From Amoebidium appalachense (lineage: Eukaryota; Protista; Ichthyosporea): a stretch of DNA of 64,000 nt. The notes beneath the pieces were generated by a model. The model was not told the DNA's origin, did no database searches, and worked only from the letters and a program-made list of their open reading frames with translations. Made by a program: the position numbers and the translations under genes. The stretch spans positions 5,518,001 to 5,582,000 of the forward strand of contig CAVNZM010000014.1 of NCBI GenBank assembly GCA_963693365.1. The letters are read 5' to 3'. Positions 14,816 to 30,880 of this stretch are shown here, piece by piece. The stretch's first letter is position 1; each line of letters opens with the position of its first letter.

Positions 14816-14924
14816 GGCGCATAGAGCCAGGGGATATTTAAGGCACGCGTCCGGGCACCGTGGGGCCCATTATGTAAACCGATACACTAGGCTTAGCCAA
14901 CGGTTGCACACACACACACACCGT

Positions 14925-14983
<59 letters not shown>

Positions 14984-15043
14984 GGACAGGACACCCACCC
15001 GCCTCGGGCTACCCACACACCCACCCACCCACCCACACACCGT

Positions 15044-15084
<41 letters not shown>

Positions 15085-15164
15085 GGACAGGACACCCACC
15101 CCCCCCGGGCCACCCACCCACCCACCCACCCACCCACACACCGTGACACACACAAACACACACA

Positions 15165-15203
<39 letters not shown>

Positions 15204-15388
15204 TCACTTTTTCGGTCCGAGTTGATAATCATTAACGAAGCGGCTTTCGGAGGATTTCAAGCTAATCAGAAAACTTACTGTGACCTGCTGCACAGAAGAA
15301 GTTCTCTTGTGCACAGCCTAAATATATTATTACTAATCTAACTATACAGTAAGTAGGGAAGCTGCGGCCCCCCACCAAATTCCCTGAG

Positions 15389-15421
<33 letters not shown>

Positions 15422-15889
15422 TTCCCCCGTTATCTTATTTTCCCCCAAGCCTCGGAAGCCCCTAGAATATTAATGTTTTCCAAAAAGTCTATTACTAACT
15501 ATGTTATATTTTTTATTTTATCCCGTTATGTTCCTGGAGGTACCCCTAGGGGTCCTCAGGGGGAACTACCGTCTTCCACCCAGCACCGACAGTACTCTAG
15601 CCAGGACTATCTTATAGGTGAATTATATTAATCCTGAATGGCCTTTATATCATAATAATACCTTATGCGCTGCGAAACCTTTCCATATCGATATGATGCA
15701 TATATATGCATGAAAAATCATGCTGGATGATGTACGTGTATAAGTATATTTTTTGCACAGTAGTTCCTCTTTTTATTAGAATGGGATTGTACTGTGCTTT
15801 CGTAGAACAATATGTTGCAAGCTCCCCCCCCCCCCCCCCCCCCCCCTTTCCCCCTTTGGGGGATCCGGATGATCCCACCAGGATCATTC

Positions 15890-15920
<31 letters not shown>

Positions 15921-16323
15921 CGGGGGGGAGGGCCCGGGCCGGCCGGGGGGACCCACTCATGACCAAGGCTTGACCTCACATGACAGTACACCGTGTTGTA
16001 AGCCTTACGTACATGACATTGTGAATTCCCATTGACAATGTAACTGTTACAGCAGCATCTGTAACAGACAATATGTTCAAGTTCTATTAAGTTATGAATT
16101 TTTCCCTACATTCCACAACTTGTGCATGATGATATTATACATCATATTATAAAGTTCATTACTGCTATATCCTTGCGCAAGGATTTTTATACCTCTGCTT
16201 TAGCTATCACGAGGCCCTACGTAATGATTGTCATTCATGGCCTTATTCGGCTTGGCAATGTTCAACAAATTTGTATGTTTGTTTTTGAAATTCGCGCACG
16301 TGCACGTGTTGACTAGTACACGT

Positions 16324-16359
<36 letters not shown>

Positions 16360-16928
16360 GTGTGCGCGCAAGCGCACGCGACGCCCGTGTGTGCGTGCGC
16401 ATGTACGTGTGTGTCACAGTGTGTGTGTGTGTGTGTGTGTGCGTGTGTGTGTGCATGTGTACAATGGCATTGTGTGGGTGCTGCACGCATAATATCGGCA
16501 AAAATGGTGTACTACACATGCGGCTACTTTACTTAGTCTAATGTGTTTATCTCAAGTTCCACACTTGAACACCTTCACAACACACCCACACACTACCATA
16601 TCAATTCCCCTTTGAAATCTACGTATATCCAACCTGCATCCCACAACCGCTGGGCCACACACTTTGTCACATTCGAACCCGGTCAAAGCCGCACATTCTA
16701 ATCGCAAAATCCGCGATCCCCGGAATTTCAACTTGTCATTATCTGTGAAAGTTTGTATTTTGAACCAAGTTGCACGCACATATGTGGGGGCACAAGCCTC
16801 AGGCCCTGGTGTGTAAACACTTCAGTGCACATTGGAGTGATATGGGGTACGTGCATAAGTTGTGTATGTATGAAGAAGTACTGTGCGCACACGTACCAGG
16901 GGTATTGTGTGTGTTAGCTTGCGCTTAC

Positions 16929-17057
16929 ACCAGCGAGCATATCCGCCAAGTCGTCCAGCTGACTATCATACCCTCCCGTCCTCTCCTCTCTTGTTATGAT
17001 GCCCTTTTCCACCAAAAGGTCTTTTGCATACTGAAGCTGCAGCCCCGCAAACTCCAT
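16929..17057 (-). CDS. Probable internal exon of an unidentified gene (MEFAGLQLQYAKDLLVEKGIITREERTGGYDSQLDDLADMLAG)
   Basis: CAG acceptor after a (CA)n tract, GTAAGC donor, 129 nt open with coding-like composition. Confidence 0.4.
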
Positions 17058-17060
17058 CTG

Positions 17061-17124
<64 letters not shown>

Positions 17125-17419
17125 GCCGTAGGAGGGCCGGGGGGGGGGGGGGGGGGGAGGGGGGCCTCCCGAGGTTGGAGGGGAGGGGGAGGAGAAGAGT
17201 GAGCACACACACACACGAACACAAGCAAGTATGTGCATGGATGTTTGAGCAGCTCAAACGCGTGCATCCGGTCAGCGAATACATTTAAGCTAGTTATCCA
17301 GCATTATTCGTACTCCGACACATTCATGATGACTTTTTGTATGATGATGAACACAGTTTTTAGATCGTTTTTATCACACATGGTTCGAAAAGTCGACAAA
17401 CCATACATCCACTACTATT

Positions 17420-17494
<75 letters not shown>

Positions 17495-17774
17495 GACACG
17501 TTGATATTTATTACATGCAAGCGAGTTACTGACAGTGTGTGTTTGTGTTTGTGTTACACTATATGAATCGATGCGTTAACTTGTGTGTTTATGTGCATGC
17601 CTGTGTCACGCGTTTGCACAGTCTATCACGTCAAGAAATGGTTGTGGTTGCGGGATTCAGAAAAGGGGAGACAGATGGAGAAGGAGGAGGGGAGTGGAGG
17701 GGGGTGTACCTATTTGGGGGACGGGGAGGAGGGAATGGTTGTGTGGGTGGCATGGTGGGTGTGTGTGCGTGTGT

Positions 17775-17814
<40 letters not shown>

Positions 17815-18053
17815 GGAGGGGGGAGAAGCGAGCAGGCTTTCCTTTGTCTTTTTTTCCGTCCTCCTTTTAGGGGGGGGGGGAGAGCCGGGGGGAAGGGGGA
17901 GGGGGGGGGAGAGGGGGGAATACCAAGAATGCAAGTAGAACCAGTGTGCCAGTTCGCCTTTGGCTGCAGGAGAAGTGGAAACATGTCATCTCACATTCGA
18001 AAAAAACATGGAAGGGGGAAAAAAAAAAAAAAGAAGCGGAAGAAGAAGAAGAA

Positions 18054-18085
<32 letters not shown>

Positions 18086-18248
18086 GGGGAGGGGAATAGA
18101 GGGCTCTAAGAACAAATCGTCGAAATACTACACATCAGACACTTCACGAGTCACTCCAGTCAGTGAAAGTGGTATCTGTGTGTGTGTGTGTGTGTGTGCG
18201 CGCGCGCGCGCGCGCGTGCGTGCGTGCGTGCGTGTGTGCGCTTGTGTT

Positions 18249-18298
<50 letters not shown>

Positions 18299-18299
18299 C

Positions 18300-18336
<37 letters not shown>

Positions 18337-18614
18337 TGTGCGCGCGCACCACTGACACAGCAAGGTGGCGGTGAGCACTAAAGGAAAAACATAAAATCTT
18401 CTATAGGTCACCTTGATGAATTACTTCATTCCACAAGTAATCCTCCTCCCCCCCCCCCCCCCCCCTCCCCGCGCAAAAAGGAAAACAACAAAGAAAAAGA
18501 AAGACACCCACACACCTCACCCAACCCCTTTTCGGGTCACTTCGAAGCACTTCTGGTGTGTGTGTGTGGATTTGGCGGAGGGGGAAAGGGGGGGAGGAGC
18601 GAGAGGGAGGGACA

Positions 18615-18687
<73 letters not shown>

Positions 18688-18828
18688 GGGGGGGGGGGGG
18701 GTAGGGGGGGGGAAGGGGGGCAGAAGCGGAACGAGTGGGGGCACAGGCCCGGGGAGGAGGGGAGCCCGGAGCAAACAAAAACTAAAAAACCAATATAGCA
18801 GTAATAATAATAAAAAGTCTCCACACAC

Positions 18829-18950
<122 letters not shown>

Positions 18951-18986
18951 GTGTGTGTGTGTGTGTGTGTGAGAAGGGATTTTTTC

Positions 18987-19036
<50 letters not shown>

Positions 19037-19381
19037 GAGGGGGGGGGGGAGGGGAGGCTTACTAGTTCTTCACGCCATACACTGCAACCTTCACTTTGCT
19101 GATCGTAACAGACTCCACTAACTGGGCAAAGGCGATTCGTCAGTTAAACAATTTCCCATGAAAGCAAAAACTATTTTAAAAACTCCGATGATCAAAGATC
19201 AATCTATAATAAATAGGGAGCTTTGCTTGTGAGTACCAGCAATATATACTGGAAATCCGATTGGCAGAAGCTAAACCGATTCCCATATATGGTAAATGGA
19301 GGGAACCACCGGTCTGATGTCTTCCTAAGAAACAACAAGAGGGGAATTTCGAAGAAAAGGTGGGCGTGGATAGGCAGGCAC

Positions 19382-19477
<96 letters not shown>

Positions 19478-19544
19478 CACTGTGTGTGTGTGTGCGCGTG
19501 TGTTTGTGTGTGTGTGTGTATGTGCGTGTGTAAAGCTGTGTGTC

Positions 19545-19623
<79 letters not shown>

Positions 19624-19879
19624 TGTGGGTGGGTGTGTGTCTGTGTGCATGCGCACACAGTGTGTGTTGCATGTATGGTGTGTGGGTGTGTGTACATGCA
19701 TGTGTGTGTAGCTATGGTGTGCACGGTTGTGCGTTCATGTGTGTGCACCTGCGCCTTTTTTGAGTGTGTCTTCTGTTTTTCGCAGGCGGGAAGGAAACAA
19801 CAAGAGAGAAGAAGGGAATGGTGGCGTGGATAGGCAGGAACCGGTGTGTGTGTGTGTGTGTGTGTAATACTATGTGTCA

Positions 19880-19914
<35 letters not shown>

Positions 19915-20484
19915 TGCGCACACAGTTTGTGCTGTGTGTGTACATGCGCATGTGTGCGGGTATGGTGTGCACGGTTGTGCGTTCATGTGTGTGCACTTGT
20001 GTTTCTTTGTGCACCTTTTGTTTTTTGCATAGAAGAAGGGGAAGGGGGGAAAGAGGGGGGGGGGGGGGGTTTGAATGCGGGGGGGGGGGGGGGGGGAGGC
20101 TCAAAGCGTAACACACAGTATGAAGCAGTGAGTCGCACAATGCACACTTACACAAAAAAAAAATGTACATAAAACTTCAGAACCCATCTTCCACGGGGAG
20201 GGGAGGGGGGAAGGAGGGGAGAGGAGAGGGGGGGAGGGGGGGAGGGGGGGGGGGGGGGGGGTGGACGGGAGGCATACCTGGTCATAAACGTCAAAGGCTG
20301 AAAAGTTGAGGCTGAAATATTGTTTGTATTCAAACTGTAGGGACAGGCAGGAAGTTAGAGAGGGAATGGAATAACACCGAGGAGGGAGGAGGAGGAGGAG
20401 GAGGAGGAGGAGGGGGAGGGAGGGGGAGGGGGAGGGGGGGATGAATGCATTAGAGGGTTGTTACAAAATCACAAAAACCAGAAC

Positions 20485-20526
<42 letters not shown>

Positions 20527-20621
20527 AAAAAAAAAAAAGGATACGGGCAGGGGGCGCTGTCGGTCACACCAAGGGAGGGAGGGAGGGAGGGAGGGAGGGA
20601 GGGAGGGGGGGGGGGGGGGGG

Positions 20622-21020
20622 GGTTTGAATGCGTCAAAAAGTACGAAGTACACAAGAACAAACGGATAACACGATGCAGAATGCAAGCCATACATAAAGA
20701 GGATGCATAATAAGCAGAGCCCATCCTCAGGGGGGGCCCACGTCATCCACAGTACCCGAGTTTCGACCTATTCCCCTCGTTAACGAAACCCAACTCAGAT
20801 ACTGTTTCACTTGAACATGAGTAGGTCACCCGTCTTGATCAGAGACGAGCAGGGTTGCTTATGCAGGCAAGGGCAGTGGGAAAGGCCGGGGGTTAAAGTT
20901 GCAGCAGTAAGCAGAAGCAAGAAAAATATAGATAGGAACTCAGGAGACGGGGCTTCTAGGAAGCTCCCCCGTCGATACCTAAGTCGATACTTCCCTGGCT
21001 AACATACTACACCAGCTGAA
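20622..21020. repeat. ~400-bp dispersed repeat, copy 1. Near-identical copy at ~22930-23330; diverged partial copies at ~24165-24337 and ~25215-25295.
   Basis: TTTGAATGCGTCAAAAA...CCAGCTGAAA is shared. Identical ORF-track peptides at 20811 and 23120. Confidence 0.9.
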
Positions 21021-22064
21021 AAGAATTAAGTCCCGAAGGCCGCAGAATTCGCAATCAGAGGGGAAAATATGAGATTTGACCCACGCCGCAGGGTAGTAAC
21101 ACGCTTACTAGGGCGGAACTTTATCGTCTTCGAACGGAAAGCTATGCCCCCGGATGTCAGCCGGAAATATGGTATCACCCATTGCTTTGGGCTTGAAAAA
21201 AGCCAAACCGATAGTCCGAGTTATGTTACGCCGGCGGGTAACATGCCGCATGGGTTCCAAGGGAGCTGTCGCCAACAGAGCGGTGTGTGCATGAGTGCGC
21301 GTAACGCAATGTGTGAAGTGTGTCTATAGCTATGAAAGGGGGTATGTAGAAGTGGACAGATGGGGGGGGGGGGGGGGGGGAAGAAAATAGGTGGCAAACA
21401 TCCCAGGACTACCGCGCAACTTTTTTTTTTTTTGCCCCGTTCGATCCAGTGACTAAATAAGGCTAATCCGCATGGATCCGGAGGCAAAGACATTTCAAGT
21501 CTAAAAAACAAAAGCACGAAACAGGGAAAAAAAATAAACTAAAAAAAAATGCACAGGCAGAAGGCACCTGATTGAGTATATCATCAGGGGGATTTTACAA
21601 GCCTGCACACGAGAAGAGGTTTCAAATCATTTTGAGAGGGGCTGGTATACTATGGGAGTAAGATATCTCAAGCTTTAGGAAAAAGGGAGGCATGGAGGGG
21701 TTCCGAAAGAGGGATGAAGAGGTAGAGGGAGTGTTTGTGTCGTGGTGGTGGTGGGGGTGTGGCACGCATTTCTTTATTGATTGATTGATTTATTTATTTA
21801 TTTTTCTATTTATTTATTTATTTGTTTATTTTTTTTTGGGGGGGGGGGGGGAGGGGGGGGGGGGAACACACCCATCGCTATTAACGGCTCATTATGATTG
21901 AAGCCAAAAACTATCACCTGCATACCACTCTATCGAGGTCTGTGCAGTTTAGTGGGAGTCGAACAGCGGCGCCTTATCTAAAGAAAATAAAAGGAACCGC
22001 CAATGTCCCAAGTACCCAATGAAATCCCCGATCTAAAAATACCGTCCAATCAGCAAGCACATAC

Positions 22065-26368
<4,304 letters not shown>

Positions 26369-27011
26369 TGTGAGGGTGTGTGCACACAGTGGGCTGTGTA
26401 TTTCTGATATATTTGCAATAGATAGTCCCGTTATATACTTAATGACGAGGTCACAGTGTGTGTTTGTACTGTACTGTATATATTCAAGTTTGGGTCTTTC
26501 TTTTTGTTCGCGCAAGCTTGTGCCGTGACAGTACCCTTCGGACTGGCCATGGAGACTCGGAGTCAGCCTCTACTTGTAGATAGCACAAAGTAAGGGTATC
26601 TGATGTAAGACTATCAGTACACTCTATGGTCTATGATGTTTTTTCTCTGTGCCTTTTTTTTTTGCCTATATATGGTCTGTGCTTTTTGCCTATATATGGT
26701 GGAGTTTGGCGCTTTCGGATTGGAGAGCGTTTTTCTATTTAACTTCTTGAGAACTATAGCACGGATTTTAGCTGATAGATTTTGCTGGATGGATCGTGTT
26801 GCAGTGTTACGGACGCAGATGGGTGAATAGGTACGATTTTAGACACCAAACTGCTTTTCGATTGCTTTATGGCCGGTCTGATGATGAGAGGCAGCACCCG
26901 GCTGCCGTCCCCACTGGGCCGCAATTAAATCACATGTACTGACTCCCGGCCCTGGGGCCATACACACGAGATCAATACAGATAAGGCCCTCGGGCCCGAA
27001 AACAGAAATCA

Positions 27012-27054
<43 letters not shown>

Positions 27055-27395
27055 ACCCAAGCACTACTACCCTCAACCTAGCACTTACAGCCCTGATCCA
27101 TAAAGCTGAGAACAGCAGGCAAACGGCGAGGAAACAGAATGCGGGCGGGTGGGTGGGTCCTAAGAGAAGCGGCGAGGAAAAGACTGTTTGAGAGAAGCGA
27201 AAAACACGACTTTTATAGTCGCTTCTACAGGAAGAGATGTGTGATGCCGATCATCACACCATCTTCTTCCGATTGGTGGATAAAATGAGTATTTACCAAA
27301 TATATCATTTTAGACACCAAACTGCTATCTACGTCCACTAAGACACAGCCGGCTAACATACATTATTATGCCTTACGCTGGCTGGCTGGGGCCCC

Positions 27396-29875
27396 TCAGC
27401 CTGTCCAGGAACCGGGGTGCCGTCCATCCAGACGAAATGCTTGCATACGCCACGGCCGCACCCCGCGCGGGAAAATCACCTCAGAGGGGCGCACTGGATG
27501 CACACTTGCCGAAGCCAACCCTTGAATGACGGGCCACCACGACGCCGTATCCCACACTGGAACGACGAGGATGCCCGCTGCACCTTCCCGCTGCAGCTTG
27601 GCCACCGTTCGCTTGATCAGCGGGAACGGAGGCGCCACCAGCTTGGTGCCGTCCACGGCACCGCCAACCCATCTGCCATCCCACCGGGGGCCCCTGCCTG
27701 GGCCCACGGCCTTCACTGCCGAGGTGTGGGTGGCAAACCGATCGACTTCGGGCTGCATGCCCAGCAGCCACTCCACCCACTCGACTGCCTCCGGCGTGAC
27801 TTGCCATTCATGCCGGGGGTCCACCCGCGACAGCCAATCTGCTCGGTCGTTGAGCTCACCCGGGATGTAGGCCACCTCCTGTGGCCAAGGCAACCCGTGG
27901 TCGAGGCACAACTGCAGAAGCTGCCACAGAATGCGCTGCATCGAGGGGCTGCCGCTGCCCTTTTTCCGCACGGCCCCAAGGGCCGCCTGGGCATCGGCTT
28001 GCCACTGCACCCGCTGCCCACGGAGGGCTTTCTGCAGAGCAGGGCTCTGATAGGCCTCCAACAGGCCCTCACACTCCGCAATCGCCGCCGCCCGCGGAGC
28101 GTCGTCGGCTGCCCACCTGCCCGCCGCCTCAAGCGCAGGGGCAGGGGATCCCACCACTTGAAGCACGGCCCCCCAGCCGTGTGTGGTGGCGGCATCCGTG
28201 ATGAGCGTAGCCGTGACCGGGTTGGGCCATATCTCCGCCCGAGGCAACCAGCCAATGAACTGGGGCGTCCGACCGATAATCCGTAACTGACGCCCCGAAA
28301 GCCGAACGAAACTGCGCCAATTTCCCCCGCGTACGGCGGCATACACTGGCCGCACCAACGTCAGCATGTGGGGAGTGGCAGCCCGCAGACTCATGACCAC
28401 CCCCAACCACCGGGCGACTTGCTTCTTTTCCACCCATTGCTTGCCCTTGCGAGCCTTGGCCATCACCCGCTTGGTCTCCTCCACCAGCTTCTCCATAGAG
28501 GTGGCGGTAGGGGCCAACACACCTGCGGCAAGGTCGACATGGATGCCTAGATGGTCGAGATGGTCGGTGGGCTCCCACTGGCCCTTCTCCGTATTTCGGC
28601 TCAGGCCCGTTGCCTCGAGCTCCCCCTCAACAACACCGCGAGTTTGCAGCGCCTTTAGCGGCCGTTCGACGACCAACCAGTCGTCCAAGAACGCTCATCA
28701 GCAAACCTACCCCCGTTACTTTGGGTGACATTGGTATACAAAAGGTTATCCATGACACAATGGTATACACGCTTGTAACCTTGTATACACGATATTATAC
28801 ACACCATGTCACCTCAATGCTATCCCTGTATAATCTGATAACGTCGTGATAGCGTATTGGTAACATCATGGCAGTGGTACATTCCTGTATAACTGCTTAG
28901 GTTATACATTGTGTTACGCAGATGTTACCAAAGGTGACACAGTGTCAATGTTAACATTGTGTCTACCATAGTGTACAACATATTGTATAAATATGTGTAT
29001 ACTTTATCTGTACCAATTGTAACATATAGGCGAGGGTAACAATATGGTGACATTAAGGCATACGGGGGTACCAATCCCGATATACCAACCCTATAGCATA
29101 CTTGTATCTTATAAGATAGCAATTGCAACATTCTGCGTATTTTTGGGCATCCGTTTGTAACCCTTGTGATATCCCCCGGATTGAGTCAGGGGGGTAAAAA
29201 CGGGGGACAGCAGTTTGTGTGAAAAAGTTGAACTTTTACACCAATTTTATGCCAATCAGGACATACCGAGATTACTATATGTCAGAGGGTTAGTACCCGG
29301 GGGAGGCGCCAGGATAATACAAATGTTACACAGTATGCTACACGGGGATAGCTGTGGTAACATTAGATAACATTTGGGTACCATCGTGTATGTCAAAGGC
29401 TAAATATTTGCTAACGTGCGCACTCCGTGCCGGTGAAGACGCCGACCGAACTCCTTCATGAGCCGCGTGAAGTAGTATGGGCTGAGGGAATAGCCGAAAG
29501 GCAGCCCAGTGTACTGATACAGCTGGCCGCCAACCCGAATCTGAAAATATTTACGCCACCGTGGCGCAATAGCGCAAAGTAGCCGTCCTCCAGGTCGAAA
29601 CTGAAGCCGTGGTCACCTGGCTGAGCAATGACCTGCAGGTCACTGAGCGTCTCGTACTTGAGGCCCCGCTGTACGGCATACCCATTCACTGGGCGCATGT
29701 CGATTATAAGCCGCACTTTACCGTTTGGTTTCCGCACCCCAAACGTGGTCGACACACAATGCTTCCTGGACTCGTCCATGGGTTCAAGTGCGCCCTTACC
29801 CACTAAACGCGCAACTTGAACTTCCACCAACGCCTCCTCCTCCGAAACTTCGCCCAAGTCTAGGTACCTCCCCAT
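27396..29875 (-). pseudogene. DIRS/PAT pol: RT - RNase H - adenine-methyltransferase-like domain, frameshifted and interrupted by an insertion at 28696-29410
   Basis: RLIIDMRPVN, FSFDLEDGYF, LPFGYSLSP (shifted frame), AFLDDWL, HLGI, RNase H LITDAA...NDRADWLSR, and MT-like VDRFA...APPFPLI...VVPVW..ASWWP. Confidence 0.85.
28696..29410. mobile_element. Non-autonomous MITE-like insertion with CATCAGCAA left terminus (same terminal motif as the giant Plavaka element)
   Basis: AT-rich 715-bp insert. Removing it plus one CT restores RT codons ACG TTA GCG TTC TTG GAC GAC (TLAFLDD). The right end reads TTTG(CT), apparently missing CTGATG. Confidence 0.7.
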
Positions 29876-30520
29876 GTCGTGGGGAGGTGGCGGCCCAGCG
29901 CACCATTTGGGTGTGATGCCATACTTAATCTAGAAGAGCACGTCCTTGGCTGCAGCACCGCGCGCCCACTCGTCGTGGCACGCACGCACCCGTTGATAGA
30001 GCGGTGCAGGTGCTACCCCGCCCACTGGCTTACTGGGAGCACACAAAACCGGCCGCCCCCGCACAGCCACTGCTGCCGGGGCCCACACTAGGACTAGAGA
30101 GCAGCACACGTTGCTGCTGTACATGCTCACGCGAGCAGCCCACACGGGCTAACGTTGCCAGACGTGCCTAGGTGCTTAGAGCTACACAAACAACCCCAAA
30201 ACACAACCCCACTTGGGTTTTGCAAAAACTCATGAGCGCATCCGGTCTCAATGATCTGCGGTTCCTGGGCCTATTATAATTATAGCTAAAGTCTAGGGAC
30301 CTACACGATTGACTATAGCGCTCACTGCGCTCAAAAGCTTTGGTCTTGGTCACTAGACCGGCCTCACTAACGCGCGCTTCTCCTAAGAGAAGCGGCGAGG
30401 AAAAGACTGTTTGAGAGAATCGAAAAACACGACTTCTATAGTCGCTTCTACAGGAAGAGATGTGTGATGCCGATCATCACACCATCTTCTTCCGATTGGT
30501 GGATAAAATGAGTATTTACC

Positions 30521-30720
30521 GTATAGATGTAGAAGGTAGCAATGGAGGATTCATGGAATTGATTGCATTGTTGACGGGTAGGCGTTTAATTGTTTATTTA
30601 GACGAAGGTAGAGAAGTGTGTCGAACTATCTTTGTTGGCCGTACTGCCGGAGGTAGCAGAGTTCTGCGAGTGATGTTGGATCCGAGGGGTGTCGGCCATT
30701 TCAGTTATTTAGAAGGTGCC
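30521..30720 (+). pseudogene. OTU-protease-like remnant (C-terminal half); possible N-terminal half at ~26735-26830
   Basis: GGFMELIALLTGRRLIVY...VLRVMLDPRGVGHFSYL resembles the OTU WGG..EL.A....I.VY...HY motif. NFLRTIARIL...VLR lies on the other side of the PAT element. Confidence 0.4.
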
Positions 30721-30880
30721 ACAGACGGACAAAATGATTCATTATTGCCGTTTGGAAGAGCAGAGGCAGAGCTTTCGTTTAAACCTCTTAATTGTCTTAA
30801 GTTAATACCACTGTACCAGATGTATATATATTTGCATAATGATTGCAAAACAATGGTCAACAAGTTAATGAAAATCATAT

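Larger units (their letters stand above)
26836..30520 (-). mobile_element. Defective PAT/DIRS-like tyrosine-recombinase-class retroelement with split direct repeats (A: 30381-30520 and 27158-27297; short B: 27307-27326 and 26836-26855)
   Basis: 140-bp A repeat pair and 20-bp B pair in A1...B1-A2...B2 order, with RT, RNase H and methyltransferase-like coding inside. No YR ORF and only a short gag region are visible. Confidence 0.8.

Noticed and set aside
17236-17290. RMHAFELLKHP, resembling kinase subdomain XI
   Set aside because: No other kinase motifs or convincing splice sites nearby; it overlaps a short palindrome.
17930-18012. C2H2-like fragment [21 protein letters not shown]
   Set aside because: It is isolated between G- and A-runs, the Cys spacing is non-canonical, and there are no supporting exons.
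28696-29415. Insertion in the PAT RT as a GT-AG intron (minus strand GTTAGC...GAG)
   Set aside because: Splicing there would delete 5 nt and shift the frame. The TSD/terminus model restores the RT exactly.
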